From Copranaerobaculum intestinale (GTDB lineage Bacteria > Bacillota_I > Bacilli_A > Erysipelotrichales > Erysipelotrichaceae), in assembly GCF_009831105.1 (NCBI RefSeq), contig NZ_WUUQ01000003.1, positions 150,001 to 182,000 of the forward strand: a stretch of DNA of 32,000 nucleotides, read 5' to 3'. The position numbers and the translations under genes were made by a program. This document shows, in pieces, positions 1-7,328 of this stretch; position 1 is the stretch's first letter, and every line of letters begins with the position of its first letter. The notes under the pieces were generated by a model. The model was not told the DNA's origin. It did no database searches and was given only the letters and a program-made list of their open reading frames with translations.

Positions 1-831
1 TATTCTATTATTTTAATGGTTTCTTTGAATAAAGTATATTATCTAACTGAATACTATTTGAAACAAGGTTATAATATCTATGTTAATCAAGAAGAAATAA
101 ATTCTAAATATTTGATTAAAAATCTTGATCAGATAAACAAAGAATTATTTGAGGATTTTTTACCAGAAATAATATATTATGATTTTCTAAAATTAAATCT
201 AAATGGAGTTGAGTATTCTTTTATAATAGTGAATAATGAATATATAAGTAAACACTTAAATTTTACACTCAATTTAACTGATTATGATTATATTATACCA
301 AAAATCTTCAAATCAAGTTTAAAAAAAGAATTTTCCAATTACAAAGTTTTGTGGACAAAACAAGATTATAAATTTTTGAATTATAATATATATGATGTTA
401 ATCAAGGCTTTGACAATGTAATAATTAGCAATATTGAACATAATAAGCAATTTGATTATGTTGATAGTGGGTGTATATTTATTCCTGAGCATAAAATACA
501 AAGAATTAAAAATGTGTTACATGATCATAATATAGAGACTTATAATCTTATTAAGTATAAAGGAAAATCAAATTATGAATTAAGTATAGGAAAAGTGAAT
601 ATTTTAATTAGTATTTATCTATTTGGCATGTTATTTTTGATCACGAATTCGTTGTGTCGAAATTTTATAGTTGAAATTAAAAGAAGCTATTTTTCCTATA
701 TAGGTATGGAAATAATGTTTTTTGGATTTTTTTCATATATACTTAATATTCATTTGATACTATCATCAGCGTATTTTTTGGTTAATTGTACGTTCTTAAC
801 CGTTGAGAAAATAAGAAAGAAGGATCTTTAA
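1..831 (+). CDS. hypothetical membrane protein, probably 5'-partial; possible FtsX-like/DUF1430-type bacteriocin-associated permease C-terminus
   Basis: The frame is open from nt 1, with no stop and no SD before the ATG at 16. The sequence is extremely AT-rich. The C-terminal ~80 aa read as TM, charged loop (IVEIKRSYFSYIGMEI), TM. The stop overlaps the next start (TAATG, 829-833). Confidence 0.5.
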   Translation, partial: YSIILMVSLNKVYYLTEYYLKQGYNIYVNQEEINSKYLIKNLDQINKELFEDFLPEIIYYDFLKLNLNGVEYSFIIVNNEYISKHLNFTLNLTDYDYIIPKIFKSSLKKEFSNYKVLWTKQDYKFLNYNIYDVNQGFDNVIISNIEHNKQFDYVDSGCIFIPEHKIQRIKNVLHDHNIETYNLIKYKGKSNYELSIGKVNILISIYLFGMLFLITNSLCRNFIVEIKRSYFSYIGMEIMFFGFFSYILNIHLILSSAYFLVNCTFLTVEKIRKKDL

Positions 832-1160
832 TGTTAAAAAAAAGTTTAAGTATTTTTACTATAATGTTAGTAGCTACTATAACGACTTGTTTTGCGTATC
901 AACAATCAGCTGATGTGAAATGTGGAAATACAATGCCTAATAATTATGGTGTTGCATCAGCATATCATCCTGTTAGAACAACAGCAGCCACGCGAGTTAC
1001 ATCTGGAAATTTAGCTAAAGAAGGTCATAAATATTGTGCGAGAGTAGAAGATGCAAACTCTGCTGCTGTGCAGTGTACAACTAGAAGAAATACCTCTGCT
1101 GTTGCACAAAAGCCTTTAAGCCTCACAATCCCACATACGCATTCTTGGACATATGAGTAG
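831..1160 (+). CDS. secreted small protein, lactococcin 972-family-like bacteriocin candidate
   Basis: SD GAAGGA at 819-824. Signal peptide MLKKSLSIFTIMLVATITTCFA/YQQ. The mature region NYGVASAYH..TAATRV..KYCARVE..SWTYE resembles Lcn972 (YGVSSAYSNYHH..HSATVV..VWAKATV..FYYNFW) as I recall it. Confidence 0.5.
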   Translation: MLKKSLSIFTIMLVATITTCFAYQQSADVKCGNTMPNNYGVASAYHPVRTTAATRVTSGNLAKEGHKYCARVEDANSAAVQCTTRRNTSAVAQKPLSLTIPHTHSWTYE

Positions 1161-1177
1161 ATTATAAATTAATAGCA

Positions 1178-1354
1178 ATGTCGCAAAATATATCAATTAT
1201 GATGTATATAAATTTTGTTTTATTAAAACAGAGTTGGAGGAAATCTCATATACCAAGCGAGTCAATGCTTCGGGAAGCCTTGCGTCAAGGCGCACACTAC
1301 GCAGCACAGAACTGTCTGATTGAAGGCGGCTTTGGATACAAGAAATCGTTTTAA
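1178..1354 (+). pseudogene. possible relic 3' end of a truncated gene fused to island DNA (58-codon ORF below the track cut-off)
   Basis: The ORF translates to MSQNISIMMYINFVLLKQSWRKSHIPSESMLREALRQGAHYAAQNCLIEGGFGYKKSF*. The first ~20 codons are AT-rich island sequence. The last ~35 codons have normal GC, read like a genuine protein C-terminus, and run straight into a strong terminator. Confidence 0.3.
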
Positions 1355-1380
1355 AATCGGCTTCTAAAGCCGATTTTTTA
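1353..1380 (+). terminator. rho-independent terminator
   Basis: Stem ATCGGCTT / AAGCCGAT with a short loop, followed by TTTTT. Confidence 0.75.
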
Positions 1381-1435
1381 TCTTTCATGACGTATATGGA
1401 AATGATATAATACATTATAAAGGAGTCGATCTTAC

Positions 1436-2215
1436 ATGGAAGCTGTCTATCAGGAACTCACGATCAATCGTAATTCTGCAATTCCGCTCTATTTTCAATT
1501 TAAACAATTTATGATTGATAAAATTGAAAAGGGCGAGCTGAAAGCCGGAGATTTAGTACCAACCGAAGAAGAACTTTGTAAACTGTACCACATCAGTCGG
1601 CCAACCATCCGACAGGCCTTTGGTGAACTGGTGAATGAGGGGTACATGACGCGAAAACGGGCGTTGGGAACTTTTATATCTCATCCTAAGCTCAGTTCAA
1701 AATTTTTGAATCGCATCGCTCGTTTTGATGAAGAAATGGAAACCATAGGCGTTCAGCCCATTACTTTGGTGAAGAAGCTGGAAGTATGTGATGCACCGGA
1801 TGAGGTGGATATCAAATTGCATTTGCACGGTGATCAAGCGATCAATCTGAATCGTCTGCGGCTTACGGAAAAGGGAGTGCCGTTTGTCTACGAGGAAACG
1901 TATATGCCATATCATCTGTTTCGCGGTATGGAGCATCTTGATTATACTGAGGATTCCATGTATCTGAATATGGAAGCACACGGGCATAAGATAGGAAGGA
2001 TTGAGCGGGCAGTTACCGCGATTGCCGCAGAAGGAGAAATCGGAGCGATTCTAAATGTGCCGGATGGCTACCCGATCTTAAGTATCGTCACGGTTGGTTA
2101 CTCGGTTGATGATATTCCGATCGAGCACTCAACTAGTTATAATCGTTCTGATGTATACTGCGTGAATTTGGATATTGTATCACCGGATTTTCACGCTCCG
2201 AAGGATATAGAATAA
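1436..2215 (+). CDS. GntR family transcriptional regulator, HutC subfamily (N-terminal wHTH plus C-terminal UTRA-like domain)
   Basis: SD AAAGGAG. N-terminal motif LVPTEEELCKLYHISRPTIRQAFGELVNEGYMTRKRALGTFI is typical of GntR HTH. The ~170-aa C-terminal effector domain is typical of HutC/UTRA. Confidence 0.9.
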   Translation: MEAVYQELTINRNSAIPLYFQFKQFMIDKIEKGELKAGDLVPTEEELCKLYHISRPTIRQAFGELVNEGYMTRKRALGTFISHPKLSSKFLNRIARFDEEMETIGVQPITLVKKLEVCDAPDEVDIKLHLHGDQAINLNRLRLTEKGVPFVYEETYMPYHLFRGMEHLDYTEDSMYLNMEAHGHKIGRIERAVTAIAAEGEIGAILNVPDGYPILSIVTVGYSVDDIPIEHSTSYNRSDVYCVNLDIVSPDFHAPKDIE

Positions 2216-2294
2216 AAACAGATGAAAATAAAGTGAACTCGAAAGCCATAAGCGCTAGATCAGAGAACATGCTTCATAAAAATCTGTTTTTTTA

Positions 2295-2335
2295 TTGAAA
2301 CTAGACATAATTATGATATAATGTAATTACATTAT
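2295..2335 (+). promoter_or_regulatory. deoC promoter with two perfect palindromes (candidate GntR/HutC operators)
   Basis: -35 TTGAAA at 2295-2300. Extended -10 TGATATAAT at 2314-2322. CATAATTATG at 2306-2315 and ATGTAATTACAT at 2321-2332 are both perfect palindromes. The second fits the GT-N4-AC core of GntR operators. Confidence 0.5.
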
Positions 2336-2352
2336 GATAAGGATGTGTGAAT

Positions 2353-3018
2353 ATGATGATTACAAAAGAAAAACTATCTGGTATGATTGACCATACCAAT
2401 CTGAAAGCTTATGCAAGCGAAGCAGATATGAAAAAACTGTGTGAAGAAGCAGTATCCTATGGGTTTGCCATGGTTGCGATCAATTCCGGACAGAGCAATC
2501 GCTGTGCGCAGTATCTGAAAGATACACCGGTGCATGTCGGAGCCGCAATCGGTTTTCCATTGGGACAGACAACTATTGCAGTGAAAGTATTTGAAACCGA
2601 AGACGCGATTTTAAACGGCGCGGATGAAATTGATTATTTAATCAACATCACCGAGCTGAAAGCAAAGCATTACGACTATATAAAAGAGGAAATGCAGAGG
2701 ATCGTAGATGTCTGCCGCAAGCATCATGTAATCTCCAAAGTTATTTTTGAAAATTGCTATTTGACGAAGGATGAAATCATTAAGATGTGTGAAATAGCGA
2801 ATGAAGTGAAGCCGGACTTCATTAAAACCAGTACCGGTTTTGGTACTTCGGGAGCCACCTTGGAAGATGTGCGGCTGATGCGTAAACATGCAAACAGCGA
2901 TATCTTGGTAAAAGCAGCCGGCGGTATTCGTTCACTTGAAACAGCTTTGGCTTTTGTAGAAGCTGGCGCACAGAGAATCGGTACCAGCTGCGGTATTGCA
3001 ATCATTGATGAAATGTAA
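2353..3018 (+). CDS. deoC: deoxyribose-phosphate aldolase
   Basis: Motifs FIKTSTGF (Schiff-base Lys) and VKAAGGIR. The length (~221 aa) is typical. SD AAGGA lies 9 nt before the ATG at 2353. The track ORF starts at the GTG at 2347. Confidence 0.9.
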   Translation: MMITKEKLSGMIDHTNLKAYASEADMKKLCEEAVSYGFAMVAINSGQSNRCAQYLKDTPVHVGAAIGFPLGQTTIAVKVFETEDAILNGADEIDYLINITELKAKHYDYIKEEMQRIVDVCRKHHVISKVIFENCYLTKDEIIKMCEIANEVKPDFIKTSTGFGTSGATLEDVRLMRKHANSDILVKAAGGIRSLETALAFVEAGAQRIGTSCGIAIIDEM

Positions 3019-3028
3019 AATGGCGGAG

Positions 3029-3056
3029 GACACAGATAAATTTCTGTGTCTTTTTA
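3029..3056 (+). terminator. rho-independent terminator after deoC
   Basis: Stem GACACAGA / TCTGTGTC, 6-nt loop, then TTTTT. Confidence 0.8.
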
Positions 3057-3088
3057 TCTTCTGTAATTGCTTACATCGTTTCAGAACA

Positions 3089-3117
3089 TTGACAGTGCCC
3101 TTTACCGGGGGTATACT
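3089..3117 (+). promoter_or_regulatory. sigma-A type promoter
   Basis: TTGACA at 3089-3094, 17-nt spacer, TATACT at 3112-3117. Confidence 0.65.
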
Positions 3118-3137
3118 TGAATAGAAAAAACCGAATA

Positions 3138-3226
3138 CCTTTAAGATAATCCTGTGAGATTATTAAGGAAAGATAGCCATGAATATTTTCTGGAACCTTA
3201 ATATCTTTGGGTATTGAGGTTTTTTA
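3138..3226 (+). promoter_or_regulatory. transcription attenuator leader (anti-antiterminator / antiterminator / terminator), effector unknown
   Basis: Segment 2 is TATTAAGG (3161-3168), segment 3 is CCTTAATA (3196-3203) and segment 4 is TATTGAGG (3212-3219) followed by TTTTTT. Segment 3 can pair with either segment 2 or segment 4. Segment 1 (3138-3151) pairs with segment 2. Confidence 0.5.
3179..3217 (+). CDS. candidate leader uORF, peptide MNIFWNLNIFGY
   Basis: AAGGAA at 3165-3170 lies 8 nt upstream of the ATG. The 12 codons run through the terminator stem and the TGA sits inside segment 4. Against it, the SD lies in segment 2 and is paired in both alternative folds. Confidence 0.25.
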   Translation: MNIFWNLNIFGY

Positions 3227-3239
3227 TTAGGAGGAAAGT

Positions 3240-4595
3240 ATGACTATAAAAGCGGAGAAAAAGAAAAGCGCAAATCGGTTAGCTATCAATATGGCCATCG
3301 CATTGGTGCTTGGCCTGATTGCGGGAGCAGGATGTATCGCCCTACGTGAAAATTTGATCAGCGGCGGACAGGCGAATGTATGGAAAAGTATCAATGATAT
3401 CTTTTTTCAGGATATTACAGCCGAAGGGGCAAATCATGCATTTGGAATTTTCTATATTCTGGGACAGATGTTCATTAATTCTTTACAGTTAGTAATTATT
3501 CCAATGGTTTTTACATCCATCGCATTGGCGATGTGCCGTATTTCGGATACGCGCAAGCTGGGAAGAATTTCGTATAAAACCATTTTAAATTTTATCATTA
3601 TGTATGCCGGAGCTTTGATCTTAGCCGGTATCGTAGGTATGACTATTTATAAGTTAGGACTGTTTGATGTCAAAGTAGGAAACGGTTTACAGGCCGCTGC
3701 CGGTACGACTGGAACCAATCCGTTGTTGGTATTGGTAAATGCGGTGCCAAATAATATTGCGGCCGCTTTCAGTGATAACGGCAAGGTGCTGTCCATCGTA
3801 TTTTTGGCAGTCTGTGTAGGACTTGCCATTCATGTAATGGGCGATAAGGTTACGGTACTGAAAAAACTGATGGAAGAGATCAATGAAATCGTAACGGTCA
3901 TTTTGAGCTTTATCATCACGAAATTTGGTCCGTTCGCAATCTTTGTATTGATTACCCGTACCTTTGCGATTTATGGAATTGAGCATTTAAAACCGGCTGC
4001 GGTTTACGTTGCGGCGGCGGTTTGCACACTGCTGTTCTTCCTGGTGTTCGGGTATGCATTGTTCATCGCTTTGGCGACGAAATTGAATCCGATTCCGTTT
4101 ATCAAAAAAATTGCGAAAGTATCAGTGTTTGGATTTTCTACTTCATCATCGGCGGCTACCCTGCCGTTAAATACAAAAACGACGGTAGAGGAGCTTGGGG
4201 TCAGTGAAGAAATAGCTTCCTTTACGCTGCCGCTGGGAATGACGGTCAATATGAACGGTACAGCGATTATGCAGGTGATCGCAGCAATTTTCATTGCCGG
4301 AAGCGCCGGTTACAATATGGATATTTCAACCATTACGGTTATCGCATTGTTGGCCTTGATCGCCAGTGTGGGAACGCCGGCTGCCCCAGGCGCAGGAGCG
4401 ATAATTCTGTTTACCGTGCTGACCGGTATGGGCTTCACCAATGATGCGGCGCTGCTTGCCTATTCTTTGATTTTGGCAATCAACCGTCCGATTGAAATGC
4501 TGGTTACGTCACTGAATGTAGTCGGTGACAGTGCCGCGGCCATCGCCGTAGCGAAATCCGAAAATATGCTGGATGAGGAAGTATACAATAATTGA
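3240..4595 (+). CDS. dicarboxylate/amino acid:cation symporter (DAACS family)
   Basis: 451-aa polytopic protein. Family motifs FSTSSSAATLP, NMNGTA and VVGDSAAA. Strong SD AGGAGG. Confidence 0.9.
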   Translation: MTIKAEKKKSANRLAINMAIALVLGLIAGAGCIALRENLISGGQANVWKSINDIFFQDITAEGANHAFGIFYILGQMFINSLQLVIIPMVFTSIALAMCRISDTRKLGRISYKTILNFIIMYAGALILAGIVGMTIYKLGLFDVKVGNGLQAAAGTTGTNPLLVLVNAVPNNIAAAFSDNGKVLSIVFLAVCVGLAIHVMGDKVTVLKKLMEEINEIVTVILSFIITKFGPFAIFVLITRTFAIYGIEHLKPAAVYVAAAVCTLLFFLVFGYALFIALATKLNPIPFIKKIAKVSVFGFSTSSSAATLPLNTKTTVEELGVSEEIASFTLPLGMTVNMNGTAIMQVIAAIFIAGSAGYNMDISTITVIALLALIASVGTPAAPGAGAIILFTVLTGMGFTNDAALLAYSLILAINRPIEMLVTSLNVVGDSAAAIAVAKSENMLDEEVYNN

Positions 4596-4600
4596 TGCGT

Positions 4601-4631
4601 AAGAGGTGAGAATTCACCTCTTTTACTTTTT
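4601..4631 (+). terminator. rho-independent terminator
   Basis: Stem AAGAGGTGA / TCACCTCTT, 4-nt loop, T-rich tail. Confidence 0.85.
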
Positions 4632-4644
4632 TAGCACTTAAGTG

Positions 4645-4673
4645 TTGACAGTGCCAAGAAAAAGTCATATACT
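4645..4673 (+). promoter_or_regulatory. sigma-A type promoter of htpG
   Basis: TTGACA at 4645-4650, 17-nt spacer, TATACT at 4668-4673. Confidence 0.65.
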
Positions 4674-4674
4674 G

Positions 4675-4701
4675 TTAGCAGACATTGAACAAGAGTGCTA
4701 A
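4675..4701 (+). promoter_or_regulatory. CIRCE element (HrcA operator)
   Basis: TTAGCAGAC-N9-GAGTGCTAA against the consensus TTAGCACTC-N9-GAGTGCTAA. It starts 2 nt after the -10 box. An extra CIRCE-like arm, TTAGCACTT, lies at 4631-4639. Confidence 0.7.
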
Positions 4702-4713
4702 GGAGGAATTTGC

Positions 4714-6630
4714 ATGAGCAGAAAAAAACAATTTAAAGCAGAATCGAAAAGACTTCTGGATCTGATGATCAACTCTATTTATACTCATAAGGAAATTTTC
4801 CTGCGTGAGTTGATTTCAAACGCCAGCGATGCGATCGATAAATTATATTATCAAGCTTTGCAGAACGGCGATCATTCCATCAGCCGCGATGATTTAAAAA
4901 TCGAGCTTGCTGTAAATAAGGATGATCGAACCATTACCCTTACGGATAATGGTATTGGTATGAGCAAGGAAGAGCTGGAAGAGAATCTGGGTACGATAGC
5001 ACGCAGCGGCTCTTTGGCCTTCAAAGAAAATATGGATGCGAAAGAACAGCCAGATGATGATGTAGATATCATCGGTCAGTTTGGCGTCGGTTTCTATTCT
5101 GCGTTTATGGTTGCACATAAAGTACAGGTTTTCTCCCGCAAATATAACGAAGATGCTGCCTATTGTTGGGCCTCTGATGCAAGTGACGGCTATACGATCG
5201 ATGAAGTGGAAATGCCTGAGCGCGGTACAAAGATCGTTCTGTATCTGAAAGAGAATACCGATGATGAGAATTATGATGAATATTTGGAATCCTATGAGCT
5301 TGAGCGGCTGATTAAAAAATACTCTGATTATATTCGTTATCCGATTCGTATGGAGATGGAAGTCAGTGTGAAAAAAGAGGGCAGCGAGGATGAATATGAA
5401 ACGAAAAAAGAAATTCGCACGCTGAACTCTATGGTTCCGCTATGGAAACGTAATAAAAAGGATATTACCACAGAAGAATACAATGAATTTTATAAAAATA
5501 AATTCAATGATTTTGCCGATCCGCAAAAGGTGATCCACACCAGTGTCGAGGGGGCGGTATCCTTTCAGGCTCTGTTGTTTATTCCGAGCAAAACGCCGTT
5601 TAATTTTTATTCTCAGGATTATGAGAAGGGACTTCAATTATACAGCCGCAGTGTCTTTATCATGGATAAGGCATCAGAACTCATTCCGGAGTATTTCCGC
5701 TTCGTACGCGGCTTGGTCGATTCCCAGGATCTGTCTTTGAATATCTCCCGTGAAATGCTTCAGCATGATCGTCAGCTGAAGGTGATCGCTTCCCGCGTAG
5801 AGAAGAAGATCAAATCCGAACTGCTGAATATGCTGAAAAATGATCGTGAAGAATATGAAAAATTCTGGAACAATTTTGGATTGCAGTTGAAATATGGTGT
5901 ATACAATGATTATGGTATGCACAAGGAAGTATTGCAGGATCTGTTAATGTTCTATTCATCCAGTGAACAGAAGCTGGTAACTTTGGATGAATATGTATCC
6001 CGCATGAAGGAAGGTCAGGAAGCGATTTATTTCATCAGCGGTGAGAACATTGATAAGATCGATAAGCTGCCGCAGTGTGAGCTGGTAAAAGATAAAGGCT
6101 ATGAAATTTTATATCTGACTGACAATGTGGATGAATTTGCACTTCAGGTTATGATGAATTATCAGGAAAAACCGTTTAAGAATATTAATCAGGGTGATTT
6201 GAATTTAGAAAGTGAAGAAGAAAAGAAGGAAATTGAATCAAAGGCAGAAGAAAACAAAGGATTGCTGGAGGATTTAAAGGATGTTTTAAAGGATAAAGTA
6301 AACGATGTTAAAATATCTTCCCGCTTAAAAACACATCCGGTATGCTTGACCAGCGATGAAGGAATGTCCTTTGAAATGGAAAAAGTATTATCCAATATGC
6401 CGGATGGCAATCCATACGGTATGAAAGCAACACGGATTCTGGAGATCAATCCAAATCATGAAATCTTCCAAGCGCTTCAGAAAATCTACGCTGAGGATAA
6501 GGATGCCATTGAGGATTACGCCGATCTGCTGTATAATCAGGCGCTGCTGATTGAAGGATTCCCAATCGAAGACCCTATGGATTTCTCCAATAAGATTTGT
6601 TCATTCATGGTGAAAGCAAGTAAGCTATAA
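4714..6630 (+). CDS. htpG: molecular chaperone HtpG (Hsp90 family)
   Basis: N-terminal GHKL motif [15 protein letters not shown], followed by [15 protein letters not shown]. Length 638 aa. Confidence 0.95.
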   Translation: MSRKKQFKAESKRLLDLMINSIYTHKEIFLRELISNASDAIDKLYYQALQNGDHSISRDDLKIELAVNKDDRTITLTDNGIGMSKEELEENLGTIARSGSLAFKENMDAKEQPDDDVDIIGQFGVGFYSAFMVAHKVQVFSRKYNEDAAYCWASDASDGYTIDEVEMPERGTKIVLYLKENTDDENYDEYLESYELERLIKKYSDYIRYPIRMEMEVSVKKEGSEDEYETKKEIRTLNSMVPLWKRNKKDITTEEYNEFYKNKFNDFADPQKVIHTSVEGAVSFQALLFIPSKTPFNFYSQDYEKGLQLYSRSVFIMDKASELIPEYFRFVRGLVDSQDLSLNISREMLQHDRQLKVIASRVEKKIKSELLNMLKNDREEYEKFWNNFGLQLKYGVYNDYGMHKEVLQDLLMFYSSSEQKLVTLDEYVSRMKEGQEAIYFISGENIDKIDKLPQCELVKDKGYEILYLTDNVDEFALQVMMNYQEKPFKNINQGDLNLESEEEKKEIESKAEENKGLLEDLKDVLKDKVNDVKISSRLKTHPVCLTSDEGMSFEMEKVLSNMPDGNPYGMKATRILEINPNHEIFQALQKIYAEDKDAIEDYADLLYNQALLIEGFPIEDPMDFSNKICSFMVKASKL

Positions 6631-6633
6631 GAG

Positions 6634-6661
6634 AGAAAGGTGTAATGCCTTTCTTTTTTTA
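6634..6661 (+). terminator. rho-independent terminator
   Basis: Stem AGAAAGG / CCTTTCT followed by T7. Confidence 0.8.
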
Positions 6662-6707
6662 TAGTAGAAAATGACAAATTCATGTAGAATAAAAGCAGAA
6701 AGGCGGT

Positions 6708-7328
6708 ATGTGCATGATTCAAAATGTCATCTTTGATTTGGGCAATGTCGTATTGGATTTCCATCCATACGCTTATTTTATAAAGGTTTTTCATGAGGAG
6801 GATCGAACTCGTGATATTTGCCGGAAGGTTTTTGAAGGGGAGCTTTGGAATGCGTACGATCAGGGATTGTATACAAAGCAGGAATTGCGTGAACAGTTAT
6901 GTAAACGGTATCCGGATGATGTTAAGGAGATTGAGACGGTATTAAATGAATGGCTGCATATTTTGGTAGTGCGTCCCGATACGGAAAGGCTGATGAAGCT
7001 TTTGAAACAGAAGGGCTATGACCTGTATATCATGTCCAATCTGAGCGAAGAATCCTATCGCTATCTGAAAGAACAGGAAGCTTTTTTCACATGGACGAAA
7101 GGTGCCGCATTATCATTTGCGGAGAAAATCAATAAACCGGATCCGCGTCTTTACCAGATTCTGACGGAACGTTATCATCTTGATAATGCTTCCTGCGTGT
7201 TTCTTGACGATCGTATTGAAAACATTGAAACAGCGGTGCGGCTAGGCATGCATGGCATTGTATACCGAAATCATCAACAGGTGCTTCATGAGCTGCGTAC
7301 ACTTCTGGGGGAGGAGCTTGAATGCTGA
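6708..7328 (+). CDS. HAD family hydrolase (subfamily IA-like)
   Basis: N-terminal VIFDLGNVVLDF motif I. Downstream SN.. and FLDD motifs. 7-nt overlap with the next gene. Confidence 0.8.
   Translation: MCMIQNVIFDLGNVVLDFHPYAYFIKVFHEEDRTRDICRKVFEGELWNAYDQGLYTKQELREQLCKRYPDDVKEIETVLNEWLHILVVRPDTERLMKLLKQKGYDLYIMSNLSEESYRYLKEQEAFFTWTKGAALSFAEKINKPDPRLYQILTERYHLDNASCVFLDDRIENIETAVRLGMHGIVYRNHQQVLHELRTLLGEELEC

Noticed and set aside
1197-1415. A 72-aa minus-strand ORF, and alternatively a riboswitch-like leader, because CGGCTT occurs twice and can pair alternatively with the terminator 3' arm.
   Set aside because: The minus-strand ORF spans a terminator and a promoter and has no SD or protein-like sequence. 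I found no match to any riboswitch consensus I know. The plus-strand frame instead reads as a protein C-terminus ending right at the terminator, so a gene relic is the simpler explanation.
2216-2294. A long-range hairpin after the GntR gene (AAAACAGAT ... ATCTGTTTTTTT with a ~58-nt loop), considered as a possible small structured RNA.
   Set aside because: It has no recognisable ncRNA motif and no convincing inner structure. It probably just acts as an atypical terminator. I am not confident enough to list it as a feature.
3089-4655. The identical 11-mer TTGACAGTGCC at two promoters (3089 and 4645), both followed by TATACT after 17 nt.
   Set aside because: Six of the 11 nt are the -35 consensus itself and nothing else is shared around them. 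This is most likely coincidence rather than a common operator or repeat.
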